64,000 nucleotides of DNA. Source: a virus. Below the pieces are notes generated by a model. The model searched no databases and was not told where the DNA came from. It saw only the letters and a program-made list of their open reading frames with translations. The stretch covers positions 64,001 through 128,000 of the IMG/VR virus record IMGVR_UViG_3300047476_000704; one strand, written 5' to 3'. The position numbers were made by a program, and so were the translations under genes. Positions 19,281 through 29,781 of this stretch are shown piece by piece (position 1 is the first letter of the stretch; each line of letters begins with the position of its first letter).

Positions 19281-20123
19281 TTAACCGATTTTTTTCTGAA
19301 TTTCTTCAATTTGCTTTTGTTGTTCTTTTATTGCTTCAATTAAAAGTGCTACTATTTTTTCATAGTGAACTGCAAGGTATCCCGAATTTCTTTCTACTAC
19401 AATTTCAGGTAAGATTTCTTGTATCTCTTGTGCTATTACCCCAATATCTTTACCTTTTTGATTGTGTACTTCATCAAATCCTTCTTTCCAATCAAATGTA
19501 TTTCCACTAATTTTATTTATTTTAGCTAACGCATCTACAATTGGTTCAATTTTTTCTTTCAATCTTCTATCAGATGAAAAATATGCGGTAATATCACCAG
19601 TTGCGGTTATTGCTCCTTGTACTGCTATACCTCCCGTAAATGTTCCTCCACCAAATGGGTTTCCAGTTGGTCCAGTTGGCCCCTGCGGTCCAGTTGAACC
19701 AGTTGGTCCTTGATTACCCTGCGGACCGTTTGGTCCAGTTCCACCTTGATTTCCTTGTGGTCCTTGGTTACCTTGCGTTCCAGTTGGTCCTTGATTACCT
19801 TGCGGTCCAGTTGGTCCAGTTCCACCCTGATTTCCTTGTGGTCCTTGAGCGCCAGATGTTCCCGATGTAGCTGCTGTATATGATGTACCATTTATACTCA
19901 AAGGACCTGTAACTGATAATGAACCAGTAACACCCATTGAACCCGTTATACTATGAGTATCATCTAATGAATTACCAAATTTGCTTGAACCTGATATAGA
20001 TGATTGTGTAACATAATATATTGAGGATGATATAATATATTGTTCAGCGGTAAGGTTTCCTTTTACCACCAAACTACCCGTTATATTTAATGAGCCAGTA
20101 AGTGAACTGCTGTGTATTTCCAT
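19281..20123 (-). CDS. Collagen-like fibre protein with peptidase S74 (intramolecular chaperone) domain
   Basis: GPQGNQ/GPT triplets; SSDRRLKE...DIGVIAQEIQ...YLAVHYEKIVALLIEAIKE. Confidence 0.88.
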   Translation of the reverse strand: MEIHSSSLTGSLNITGSLVVKGNLTAEQYIISSSIYYVTQSSISGSSKFGNSLDDTHSITGSMGVTGSLSVTGPLSINGTSYTAATSGTSGAQGPQGNQGGTGPTGPQGNQGPTGTQGNQGPQGNQGGTGPNGPQGNQGPTGSTGPQGPTGPTGNPFGGGTFTGGIAVQGAITATGDITAYFSSDRRLKEKIEPIVDALAKINKISGNTFDWKEGFDEVHNQKGKDIGVIAQEIQEILPEIVVERNSGYLAVHYEKIVALLIEAIKEQQKQIEEIQKKIG

Positions 20124-20125
20124 TA

Positions 20126-23100
20126 TTAACTATTTTTTAATTTTTCTATTTCGTTTCTTAATTCTACAATTTGAGATTGTTGTTCTTTCATTGCTTCTAT
20201 CAATACAGCAGTTAAACCTCTTTCTCTCACTGTCAAATATCCATTATCACCCATTCTCACTAATTGTGGGAATACTTGTTCTACTTCCTGTGCAATAACA
20301 CCTATATCTTTCTTAACACCCATAAAGGTTGCATGGATTGCTTTACCATTCCACTCATATTCGTATCCATTCAATCCCATTATCTTATCTAATGCCCCAA
20401 CTATTGGAGTTAGATTATCTTTTAATTGAATATCAGATGGAGTACCAAACGATGCAACATCACCACTTGCTACAATTGAACCAGAAACTTGTAATCTATC
20501 CGTATTATTATCAGATGAAACAGGTCCAATTAAAACATTAGTACCATTATCAGTAATTTGAGTTGCAACTGTAATAGTAGTTGATGATGCGTATTTAACA
20601 ACTTTATTTGTAGTACCACCAGTTATAGTAGTTCCACCGGGTCCTTGATTACCTTGCGGTCCCTGTGCCCCTTGTGCCCCACTCACACCCGATGTACCAA
20701 TTGTACCTTGCGGTCCTTGTGCACCCTGTGCTCCCGTAACACTTAAACCACTCGTACCACTTACACCGGATGTACCCGAAGTACCATTTGCGCCTGATGT
20801 ACCACTTACCCCCGATGAACCAGATGTTCCATTTGCACCACTTGCTCCTTGATTACCTTGTGGTCCTTGATTACCTTGCGGTCCGCTTGTACCCGAAGTA
20901 CCAAAGAATGTACCATCTATACCAGAAGTTCCCGATGTACCCGATACACCAGTACCTACACCGAATGTAAACATTGCATATCCAGCCTTTGCTACACTAA
21001 ATGTTATAGTTGTTTGGTTTATTGAATCTGATTTTATAGATTCAGGTATTATTACATATCCATTTTCATCATATACTTCTATCGCTGGATATAAGTTTCC
21101 TAAACTATGTGTTATTACCCAAGTTGTATTTGCTACGGATTGAGTATGTGTATATGCCGAACCATTTGTTGTACCCGATGTACCAGTTGTACCCGATGTT
21201 CCACTTGCACCTTGATTACCTTGCGGTCCTTGTGCTCCTTGTGCTCCAGTATTACCACTAGTACCAGTTGTACCCGATGTACCACCCGTACCAGATGTTC
21301 CGTTTGTACCATTTGCACCCGATGTTCCGTTTATACCACTTGTACCACTTGTACCATCTACACCAGTTGTTCCCGATGAACCCGATGTTCCAGTTGTACC
21401 CGAAGTACCACTTACACCACTTGTACCATTTATACCGGAACTACCACTTGTACCATCGGTTCCCGAAGTTCCATTATTACCAACATTACCTTGGTTACCT
21501 TGTGGTCCTTGGTTACCCTGTGTACCTTGATTACCTTGCGGTCCTTGATTACCTTGTGCTCCGCTTGTTCCACTTAAACCTTGATTACCTTGCGGTCCTT
21601 GGTTACCTTGTGAACCAGTTGTACCTTGATTTCCTTGCGGTCCTTGATTACCTTGTGTACCTTGATTTCCTTGCGGTCCTTGGTTACCTTGTGAACCCTG
21701 ATTACCTTGCGGTCCTTGATTACCTTGTGCTCCATTTGTACCATTTGAACCCTGATTACCTTGTGGGCCTTGATTTCCTTGTGTACCTTGGTTTCCTTGT
21801 GTACCTTGGTTTCCTTGCGGGCCTTGATTTCCTTGCGAACCAGTGTTACCTTGATTACCTTGTGTACCTTGATTTCCTTGCGGGCCTTGATTACCTTGCG
21901 TACCTTGAACACCTTGTGTACCTTGTACTCCCTGATTTCCCTGCGGGCCTTGATTACCTTGCGGTCCTTGTGCTCCTTGTACACCACTTGTACCAGTTGT
22001 ACCCGATGTACCACCACTACCAGATGTACCTGATGTAGAACCAAAGTATGAGTCTATTTGTTTAGCAGTTACAATTACTGATGGTGTATCAGGACGAGTT
22101 GGTGTTGTTAAACCACTATATGCTACCATTCTTGCAGTATCATCCGCAGATGAAAACGCAAATTCTACATAATCGTTTGCATTCAAATCAAAAAAGAATG
22201 AAACAAATGGTAATATTTCTGCGTTTGCCGATGCAAGTTGTACTATACTTGTACTGCCACTAACCGCTTGTCCATTTACTAATGCCCAAAAAGAAAAATC
22301 ATCTGTGTTTGAACTTGTCTTTGTTATTTGTGGTGATATAGCAAATTCATATGTTGCACTTGTAGATACTTTTAAATGAGAACCACTCTCTATAACGATA
22401 CCATTGGATTGTCCAGTAGTATTAAACGTCATAATTGTTGCTATGTTTGAACCAGAAACAATTTGAGTTTGTGTTGAACTGAACTCGCCAAATAAGTTAG
22501 TTAATACAGGTGCGTTTATACCCGATGTACCAGCCGTACCAGATGTACCGTCTATACCAGATGTTCCACTTGCTCCTTGATTACCTTGTGTACCTTGAAC
22601 ACCTTGTGTTCCTTGAACACCTTGTGTACCTTGGTTACCTTGCGGGCCTTGATTACCTTGTGGTCCAATATCTCCTTGATTACCTTGTGTACCTTGGTTA
22701 CCTTGTGTACCCTGATTTCCTTGTGGTCCTTGGTTACCCTGCGAACCCGTATTACCTTGATTTCCTTGCGTTCCTTGAACACCCTGCGTACCCTGCGTTC
22801 CTTGTGTACCTTGATTTCCCTGCGGGCCTTGGTTACCTTGTGTACCTTGATTTCCTTGCGTACCCTGATTTCCCTGTGGGCCTTGGTTACCTTGTGTACC
22901 TTGAACACCCTGTGTTCCTTGTGTTCCTTGTACACCCTGCGTCCCTTGATTACCTTGTGGTCCTTGGTTACCTTGAAAACCTTGCGTACCTTGCGGTCCT
23001 TGATTTCCTTGTGTTCCTTGTACACCCTGCGTACCTTGATTACCTTGCGGTCCTTGGTTACCTTGTGGTCCTTGGTTTCCTTGTGTACCTTGATTACCTT

Positions 23101-23707
23101 GATTACCTTGAGCTCCACTTGTACCAGATGTAGCCGAAGTACCTGATGTTCCAGATGTTGCCGATGTTCCGGATGTACCATTTGAACCAAATGAACCCTG
23201 CGGTCCAGTTGCACCCTGTGCTCCCTGTGCTCCTAATGGAACAGTCTTATAACCTATACGATTTTGAGAACTTGCATCAATAACCAAATATGTATCAGTT
23301 GATACGGCTGGAATATTTTCTAAATATAAGTAAGTATCTAACCAAACTGAACCAGTAAATTCATGTTTATCATCAGTTGTATTACCAAATCTAGTTGAAC
23401 CTGATGTTTGTAAAACCGATGATGATACATATGTTACATAATATTCATTTGCAGTTAATCTACCACCAACTACAACATTACCACTAAAAGTTGCGCTTGA
23501 TGCGGTTACATTTCCAGTAAAAGATAATGAACCAGTATTACCTCCAATTGTAACTAATGTTGCTTCACCACCGACACCGTCAGTTCCGATTTCTAATGTG
23601 TTCTTTGTGGTGTTTAAGTATGGTTCACCTTGCTCTAAATAGCCAGGAGATGTATTTAGTTTATCACTTTGACTACCACGTCTTATCTGAAAAGTTGTTA
23701 CTGCCAT
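20126..23707 (-). CDS. Long collagen-like fibre with internal globular domains and C-terminal S74 chaperone
   Basis: Mtd-N-like start (FQIRRGS...GEPYLNT); several long Gly-X-Y tracts; internal C1q/BclA-like domain; PSDIQLKDN...IGVIAQEVE. Confidence 0.88.
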   Translation of the reverse strand: MAVTTFQIRRGSQSDKLNTSPGYLEQGEPYLNTTKNTLEIGTDGVGGEATLVTIGGNTGSLSFTGNVTASSATFSGNVVVGGRLTANEYYVTYVSSSVLQTSGSTRFGNTTDDKHEFTGSVWLDTYLYLENIPAVSTDTYLVIDASSQNRIGYKTVPLGAQGAQGATGPQGSFGSNGTSGTSATSGTSGTSATSGTSGAQGNQGNQGTQGNQGPQGNQGPQGNQGTQGVQGTQGNQGPQGTQGFQGNQGPQGNQGTQGVQGTQGTQGVQGTQGNQGPQGNQGTQGNQGTQGNQGPQGNQGTQGTQGTQGVQGTQGNQGNTGSQGNQGPQGNQGTQGNQGTQGNQGDIGPQGNQGPQGNQGTQGVQGTQGVQGTQGNQGASGTSGIDGTSGTAGTSGINAPVLTNLFGEFSSTQTQIVSGSNIATIMTFNTTGQSNGIVIESGSHLKVSTSATYEFAISPQITKTSSNTDDFSFWALVNGQAVSGSTSIVQLASANAEILPFVSFFFDLNANDYVEFAFSSADDTARMVAYSGLTTPTRPDTPSVIVTAKQIDSYFGSTSGTSGSGGTSGTTGTSGVQGAQGPQGNQGPQGNQGVQGTQGVQGTQGNQGPQGNQGTQGNQGNTGSQGNQGPQGNQGTQGNQGTQGNQGPQGNQGSNGTNGAQGNQGPQGNQGSQGNQGPQGNQGTQGNQGPQGNQGTTGSQGNQGPQGNQGLSGTSGAQGNQGPQGNQGTQGNQGPQGNQGNVGNNGTSGTDGTSGSSGINGTSGVSGTSGTTGTSGSSGTTGVDGTSGTSGINGTSGANGTNGTSGTGGTSGTTGTSGNTGAQGAQGPQGNQGASGTSGTTGTSGTTNGSAYTHTQSVANTTWVITHSLGNLYPAIEVYDENGYVIIPESIKSDSINQTTITFSVAKAGYAMFTFGVGTGVSGTSGTSGIDGTFFGTSGTSGPQGNQGPQGNQGASGANGTSGSSGVSGTSGANGTSGTSGVSGTSGLSVTGAQGAQGPQGTIGTSGVSGAQGAQGPQGNQGPGGTTITGGTTNKVVKYASSTTITVATQITDNGTNVLIGPVSSDNNTDRLQVSGSIVASGDVASFGTPSDIQLKDNLTPIVGALDKIMGLNGYEYEWNGKAIHATFMGVKKDIGVIAQEVEQVFPQLVRMGDNGYLTVRERGLTAVLIEAMKEQQSQIVELRNEIEKLKNS
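21150..23230. repeat. Degenerate 9/18-bp tandem repeats encoding Gly-X-Y (GPQ/GNQ/GTQ/GTS)
   Basis: Repeated ccttgattacc/ccttgcggt units; approximate bounds; a non-repetitive domain interrupts at about 22040-22520. Confidence 0.85.
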
Positions 23708-23728
23708 TATATTTGTATTTCTTTCTTA

Positions 23729-23756
23729 TATAAATATCTATACATTCTATAAATAT
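23729..23756 (-). promoter_or_regulatory. Two tandem ATATTTATA motifs
   Basis: Copies at 23729-23737 and 23748-23756 upstream of the long fibre gene. Confidence 0.65.
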
Positions 23757-23761
23757 ATAGA

Positions 23762-26278
23762 TTATGTTAATTTAACTCTAATAACCGAAGTATATGTTCC
23801 CCATGTACTTACCAAAACCTGTTTGTTGTTTACAGTAGGTAATCTTAAACTAAAATCAGTTTTTTTATATCCATTGTTAGTACCATGTTGAGTTAAAATC
23901 AATGCCTCCGTACCATCGGCCGAAACTTTGTATGCGGATATTGGTGCATTTCTATTATAGAGATACACTGGATAATTATATTTACCCGTCTTCCACTCAT
24001 TATTCCAATAAACGTGTGGTTTAACCCAAGGAGTATTTGCTTCAATAATATCTTTATGTTGTACAACTTGTAAGTATCCAGCATATAACCAATCCATGCC
24101 ACTATTATCAACATGCGAAGTATCACCATACATATAAGCAAGGTTACCAGTTATACTACCATCTTGACCATTCCAACCATATTGATGCTTCCAATAATAA
24201 TCAGCTCCCTTATCATCATCCTCACCAATCGGTACTTCATTCCACACAAATAATCCATCTGCATATGCAAAGGACCAAACGGCTAACGATTGTAGTAAGC
24301 TTGGGCAAACAAAAAGTCTATCTCCAGGATTACCACCCGTTCCAGGTAAAAATCCGTTATATGCAGTACCTGTTCTTTTGTAATATCCATCTGAACCAGC
24401 AACTGGCTCATGTCTTCTCCAAAAATATCCTGCACACTGCATTGTAGATGCGGTAGCTTCATTATAAACTTCATTTATTAACTTTCGTGCAATATCATAA
24501 TTATGAACCAATGCGTAAATATACCAAGGATTTGATACATCATTTACATAATTTGTTATAAAGGAATATTTAACATACTCACCAAATCCCCTATAAAGAT
24601 TATTTCCAATTATTTGGTCTGCTGTTTTAGAACTACTAATATAATATTCATCATAAAATTTAAATAATTCATAGGTTTCATTTACCGCAGAACCTGTTGG
24701 GAAATAGTACCAACCAGCTCCTTCTGCTCCAAACTTTTCTGCTTTATAAATACCCATAGCGTATATAGACCATTCCAAAAAGTCAGCTTTTGATGTTAAT
24801 TGAGCGGTATTTATTCCATATTCTACTACACTATCATAACAAGCTTTTAATGATTGAGCCACATAATAGTCTTGATTACCATTATAAACTTCATAATCTT
24901 CTTGTAAGTGGTCGAACATATATAGTGAAACTGGGCTATCGTATCCACTACCCTTTCCTAAATAGGTTAATAATTGATTTGCAGGACCCGAACTTTGGTA
25001 TGCAGTTCCTGAGTTCAATTGATATGTCCAATGGTATGGGTTTATATCTTTATATGCAAACCCATAATAAGAACCATTATTCCAAGTTTCATCATCTACA
25101 ATTAAAGAACGAATCAATGCAGATATTTCTTGTCCTGGAGGCCATGCATTACCAATATCAGGCCTAGCTACAGCCATTGCATCTCTTACTGGAAAATCAC
25201 CACCAAAATAAAATTTACCAACATCACCATTTTCTTTGTTAAAATCTTCTTCGGTATTCCAATATAAATTTAAATCATAAATCTTTTTGTTTGTATATCT
25301 ACCCCTTTGAGTTATGCCCTTATTACCTGCTGTTGGTATTCTCCAATCTGTATTTTTAGAATATGGTGGTGTACCATCACTAACAGGAACTCTATCAGCT
25401 ATTGGATATGCCATATCAATAAACAATTTATCTTTTCCCCATTTATCTTTAATACGAGGAATATGAGGCATCCTTCTTATATAAGTTGGTGATTCATAAT
25501 TTTCCAAAGCATACCAATAATCAGGTCTAAACGTGTAAGTTAAACTACCAGTTGTAACTACCCTATCAGGGTCAGCTGCTAAATGAACTACACCTTGAAC
25601 AATACTACCTTCCGCGTATCCCCAATTATAGTTTGGAGTATCGTAATACTGAAAGGCCTTATTACTACCAGTATGATATTCGCCATTTATTACACGAAGG
25701 TCATAACCCTTCATATCAGTAATATCCAAACCTTTTAAAGATTGAGATATATTAAAACGTCCAGCCTCTTGTGGTCCACCACCGGCCGAATGTAAAGGTC
25801 CATTTTCTATATGATACCCCTTAAATCCTTGACCAACCGATTCACGAAATCTTGCCTTTGTAGTATCCCAATAATCATCGGTTAAATATATTCTACCATC
25901 TACGGATTCGGATAGCGATAATTTCATACCCATCCAAGAAATGTTTTCAGTACCATCCCAATAAGATGCCGTTAGGTCCATTTTAGCTGAACCGCTGTAA
26001 CCAGTACAATCTGTCCAGTTTGTATCAAAACTACCAGTCATTAATTCCAATGGTTGCGTTTCAAATCTACCATTAGAACCAATTGTTGCATAATATGTTT
26101 TATAATGAGTTGGAATTACATAATTACCAGCTGGTGCTAGAATTGATTTGGAAACATCCGTATAAAATGTTGTACCTAATGTAAAAAAATTATCACTTGC
26201 ATAAAGAATAGATGAACTATTATCCAATCTTGGATTGGTTACTCTATTTTTTGCTTGTATAAATGATGTATATCCCAT
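23762..26278 (-). CDS. Large hypothetical protein, probably virion-associated
   Basis: 838 aa, Tyr/Trp/Gly-rich; N-terminal TTFYTD...APAGNY module; lies among fibre genes. Confidence 0.6.
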   Translation of the reverse strand: MGYTSFIQAKNRVTNPRLDNSSSILYASDNFFTLGTTFYTDVSKSILAPAGNYVIPTHYKTYYATIGSNGRFETQPLELMTGSFDTNWTDCTGYSGSAKMDLTASYWDGTENISWMGMKLSLSESVDGRIYLTDDYWDTTKARFRESVGQGFKGYHIENGPLHSAGGGPQEAGRFNISQSLKGLDITDMKGYDLRVINGEYHTGSNKAFQYYDTPNYNWGYAEGSIVQGVVHLAADPDRVVTTGSLTYTFRPDYWYALENYESPTYIRRMPHIPRIKDKWGKDKLFIDMAYPIADRVPVSDGTPPYSKNTDWRIPTAGNKGITQRGRYTNKKIYDLNLYWNTEEDFNKENGDVGKFYFGGDFPVRDAMAVARPDIGNAWPPGQEISALIRSLIVDDETWNNGSYYGFAYKDINPYHWTYQLNSGTAYQSSGPANQLLTYLGKGSGYDSPVSLYMFDHLQEDYEVYNGNQDYYVAQSLKACYDSVVEYGINTAQLTSKADFLEWSIYAMGIYKAEKFGAEGAGWYYFPTGSAVNETYELFKFYDEYYISSSKTADQIIGNNLYRGFGEYVKYSFITNYVNDVSNPWYIYALVHNYDIARKLINEVYNEATASTMQCAGYFWRRHEPVAGSDGYYKRTGTAYNGFLPGTGGNPGDRLFVCPSLLQSLAVWSFAYADGLFVWNEVPIGEDDDKGADYYWKHQYGWNGQDGSITGNLAYMYGDTSHVDNSGMDWLYAGYLQVVQHKDIIEANTPWVKPHVYWNNEWKTGKYNYPVYLYNRNAPISAYKVSADGTEALILTQHGTNNGYKKTDFSLRLPTVNNKQVLVSTWGTYTSVIRVKLT

Positions 26279-26285
26279 ATTATTA

Positions 26286-27656
26286 TTAAATTCCAGTTAA
26301 TGTAAAGTAAACACCAGGTCCAAATGTATTTAAGCAAGGTACAAAACTACCTGTTGCATCTAATTGTATTGTTACATATACATTTGTATTAGAACCTATT
26401 ATTTGATTTGATGCCCCGCATCCAAATGAACCGCTATTTTCAGTATAATATGCGGTTATATTACTACCACTAACATCCGATGCAAAATATGATAGATTAG
26501 AACCGGATGTAATAGTCATTGAACCCATATTTACATAGGTTGAACCAGTTACAGCCGAACCCGTCATATATCCACTTGTAGTTGATGCATAAACATCACC
26601 AGCCGAACTCCAATAGATTTTAGGATTTGTATATGTTGGCGATGCACTACCACTAACTCTTGCAAAAAATGTAACGGTTTGTTGTGATGGTTTTACAGGT
26701 GAACTTAAAGTAAATCCAAAATCAGTTGTACTTATTGGCGATTGTACAATTACTACCGAACTCGTTATAGTTGATAATTTTGTAAAACTCATAGTACCAG
26801 TTGCTGAACCTGATATTCCATTTATTTTACCACGTTTTTTTAATGCTTTATTATGTAATGTACTACCTCTAAATCCAGTATCAATTACATTTGAACCAGA
26901 ATATTGTACTATAAATCTATCTGGCAATTCGCCAGCACCATATGTAAGTGTAACTTCACCAAATTCAGAACCCAAATTTACAGAATATGAATATGAACCA
27001 GTTACACCAGCTAAATATTTAAGTTCAGCCGTATTTGTTTCTAATGTAGTTAAAGAACCGGTTGCTGGTAAATTATATTGAGATGTATATGTATAAACAT
27101 CATTTGGAGCATCTACATAATAATAATACCCATCGGGTGTGGGAAATGTACCACTATCAGGAGCAACTAGTCCTCCAAATGAAGATGATACCCATCCAAA
27201 ATATGGAACTAATGTACCATAAGATGCACTATATAAAGTCATTGCACCATTTATAAGCATTTCCGCACCTCTTGGTAAGAATGCATCCACACTTGAAGAA
27301 TATGCGCTTGCTATATTTGCAAATCCAAGGCCCGCTTGTTGCTGGCACATCCACCATTTATTATGGAATCGTCTTACTTTGAATGGTACATTTGCTCCCA
27401 ATACATTCCAATATCCCAAAACTAACCCATCATACATAACACCTTGTCCATCAGATGCAGATGTATGATTATATCCACCAAATTCTCCAATTTTTACGGG
27501 ATAAGTATCGTTTGCATTTGGTGCACCTATTATGTTTAGATTTGTATAAACATCATTTTGAGCTGCTGTAAGTGAAAATGGGGCTTGTGAACCAAGTCCC
27601 ATCTCCGTTCTAATGTCTCCTAGTGATATTTTTGAACCTGATGATGTTAAAGCCAT
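26286..27656 (-). CDS. Putative fibre-tip/adhesin protein
   Basis: N-terminal MALTSSGSKISLGDIRTEMG resembles the start of 35722..36681; Ser/Thr/Gly-rich beta domains. Confidence 0.6.
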   Translation of the reverse strand: MALTSSGSKISLGDIRTEMGLGSQAPFSLTAAQNDVYTNLNIIGAPNANDTYPVKIGEFGGYNHTSASDGQGVMYDGLVLGYWNVLGANVPFKVRRFHNKWWMCQQQAGLGFANIASAYSSSVDAFLPRGAEMLINGAMTLYSASYGTLVPYFGWVSSSFGGLVAPDSGTFPTPDGYYYYVDAPNDVYTYTSQYNLPATGSLTTLETNTAELKYLAGVTGSYSYSVNLGSEFGEVTLTYGAGELPDRFIVQYSGSNVIDTGFRGSTLHNKALKKRGKINGISGSATGTMSFTKLSTITSSVVIVQSPISTTDFGFTLSSPVKPSQQTVTFFARVSGSASPTYTNPKIYWSSAGDVYASTTSGYMTGSAVTGSTYVNMGSMTITSGSNLSYFASDVSGSNITAYYTENSGSFGCGASNQIIGSNTNVYVTIQLDATGSFVPCLNTFGPGVYFTLTGI

Positions 27657-27679
27657 TTGTAAAAGTATTATTCAACTAA

Positions 27680-27688
27680 TATAAATAT
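27680..27688 (-). promoter_or_regulatory. ATATTTATA putative late promoter
   Basis: At the junction where enzyme genes end and structural genes resume. Confidence 0.6.
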
Positions 27689-29781
27689 CAGTTTAATACC
27701 TTTTTCAATTCTTTAATTACATCTTTATAGTCTATTGACTTTGAACACTCAAATTGCCTTTCTGTACCTTTGTGGTCAGGACACCAATTCCAATCACCTG
27801 GGTCCAATTTATAACGATTGAAACATCCACTACATTTATCTTTTTTTGCGGTTATTCTATATGTATCCAATTGAGTTTCGGAATATGCTTCGGAAAACCC
27901 TGATATTAAAATTGTGGGCGTTTTAGTTGCCCAACTTACCCAACTCAAACCACTACCTATTCCTATAAATGCTTCACTTTTTTGCAATTCTTCAATTACA
28001 TTTTCTATTGGTCCGTTTGGTAATTGCCATACACCATTTGGGTGTTTGTTACCCATATATCCATCGCCCTCTCTACTTAAAAGAACAACTCTATATCCTT
28101 CCATATTTAACCAATGAACTACTCTTTGCCAACCATCTTCATTATTCCAATACTTTGATTGAGCAGTACCGTGAATTGCAATTGCTACTTGTTTTTCACG
28201 TTTGATTTCTGAATTTAATTTTAGTAATGGCCTTACTTCATTGTATTCTAAATTTAGAATAGATGTTGCGGTTTGTTGTAATGGTGATTGTCTGAAATCT
28301 ATACCAATTCTAGCGGTATCGTATTCTGTACTATTATCATCTTTATAAAACCAACCAATACGATACATAGCGTATAAGTTTGGTACAGTTTCACCAGGCT
28401 TTATAAATTGTAAATTAGGATATTGTTCTTCAAAATATTCATTTAAAAAAGTAGATACAATAACCTCACAATTCCATTTTTTACGGAACTCTTCTGCATA
28501 TGGAAACCAAGCTAATGTATCACCCAATGATTTGGATTCTAATGCAATATAAACTCGTTTACCATTTGGATTAAAATCATGTTCAAAAATAAGATTATTT
28601 TTATCATATACCTCAACTCTCCAATCTACACAATATCTTTTTCCAGTCTTTGCCCAATATCCATCTTTTAATTTAGTTCCAAATTCTACTTCATTTGTAG
28701 ATTTGTTTATAAATTTAATTTCGTATTCATCATTATTTGGTGATTTAACATCAATATATCCACCATCTACAAAATTTACATTAAATGTTGGTTTTGCTAA
28801 ACTACGTCTTTTTATTAAATTATTATAAATAAATTTTTTTATATTTAATTTTCTTACTAACTTTGTTAAATTTTCTTTCTGATTATCACTTATATATGTT
28901 GCAACATCATCATAGTAATCTTCGTAAGTGTGCAGTTTTTTAAGAAATAGTGGTAATCTATAAGATATTGCCTCTTTAACTGCTAATGGGTTTAGTTCCC
29001 ACTTTGATGGAAAATAAAATAAATCAGCTGCTTTGTAAAACTTTTCAGTATCACTTTGTTCTCCCCATATTATACAATTATCAGGTTTATTTTGCATTAA
29101 AGGTCCCCAATAAAATTGAAAGTTACCAGCTTGATTTCCTACAAAATGAAACTTTACTTTGTAGTTTTCTTTTTCACATAACCTTGCTAACTCAAATATA
29201 TCACCTTGATTTTTACCATCGGTAAATAAACCAACATGAAGAATGTGTTTATATTCTTTATCAAATCCAACTATTTCCTTTGCTTCATCTTTATCACCAT
29301 TCCAATACTCAATAGGATACTCCCAAATATCACATTGGATTTCAGTAAAGTATTTGGCGAATTTCTTCCTACTCCATTCACTAACCAATACAAATTTATC
29401 AGCTGTGTATAATAATTCTTCCGGTTTTGTATAAGATGAATGTGTTGTTATTATAATATTATATGTTCTACCTTCATCAAATATTTCATTCAAATATTGT
29501 TTATCTACAAATGTTTCTGGTGTCTCTTGGAAATGAATAATATCAGGTTGTTCTTTACGAACAATACCAACTATATCACTTTTATGTTCCCCAATTGTAA
29601 TTACTTCACATAATTCTTTTATTTTATTTCTTTGGACTACAAAATCCATAGATACGCAATTGTATTCAACAACAACTATTTCAAATTCATCCTTAAATGT
29701 TTGAATTTGTTTTAATAGATATTGAGGCATACCACCCGTTGAAAGATGTGGAACTATGTATAGTAACTTCTTTTTATGCAT
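27688..29781 (-). CDS. GT4-like glycosyltransferase fused to TibC/AAH-like (autotransporter heptosyltransferase) domain
   Basis: N-terminal PHLSTGGMPQY...FPSKWELNPLAVKEA; C-terminal SKSLGDTLAWFPY, FIGIGSGLSW, CSGC...WCP...FECSKSI. Confidence 0.8.
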   Translation of the reverse strand: MHKKKLLYIVPHLSTGGMPQYLLKQIQTFKDEFEIVVVEYNCVSMDFVVQRNKIKELCEVITIGEHKSDIVGIVRKEQPDIIHFQETPETFVDKQYLNEIFDEGRTYNIIITTHSSYTKPEELLYTADKFVLVSEWSRKKFAKYFTEIQCDIWEYPIEYWNGDKDEAKEIVGFDKEYKHILHVGLFTDGKNQGDIFELARLCEKENYKVKFHFVGNQAGNFQFYWGPLMQNKPDNCIIWGEQSDTEKFYKAADLFYFPSKWELNPLAVKEAISYRLPLFLKKLHTYEDYYDDVATYISDNQKENLTKLVRKLNIKKFIYNNLIKRRSLAKPTFNVNFVDGGYIDVKSPNNDEYEIKFINKSTNEVEFGTKLKDGYWAKTGKRYCVDWRVEVYDKNNLIFEHDFNPNGKRVYIALESKSLGDTLAWFPYAEEFRKKWNCEVIVSTFLNEYFEEQYPNLQFIKPGETVPNLYAMYRIGWFYKDDNSTEYDTARIGIDFRQSPLQQTATSILNLEYNEVRPLLKLNSEIKREKQVAIAIHGTAQSKYWNNEDGWQRVVHWLNMEGYRVVLLSREGDGYMGNKHPNGVWQLPNGPIENVIEELQKSEAFIGIGSGLSWVSWATKTPTILISGFSEAYSETQLDTYRITAKKDKCSGCFNRYKLDPGDWNWCPDHKGTERQFECSKSIDYKDVIKELKKVLN

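Noticed and set aside
19625-23214. Many overlapping ORFs (HKVIKD/LDYLV/LITL repeats) in alternative frames, also at 37567-39022 and 45673-46374
   Set aside because: Expected by-products of stop-poor collagen-coding tandem repeats.
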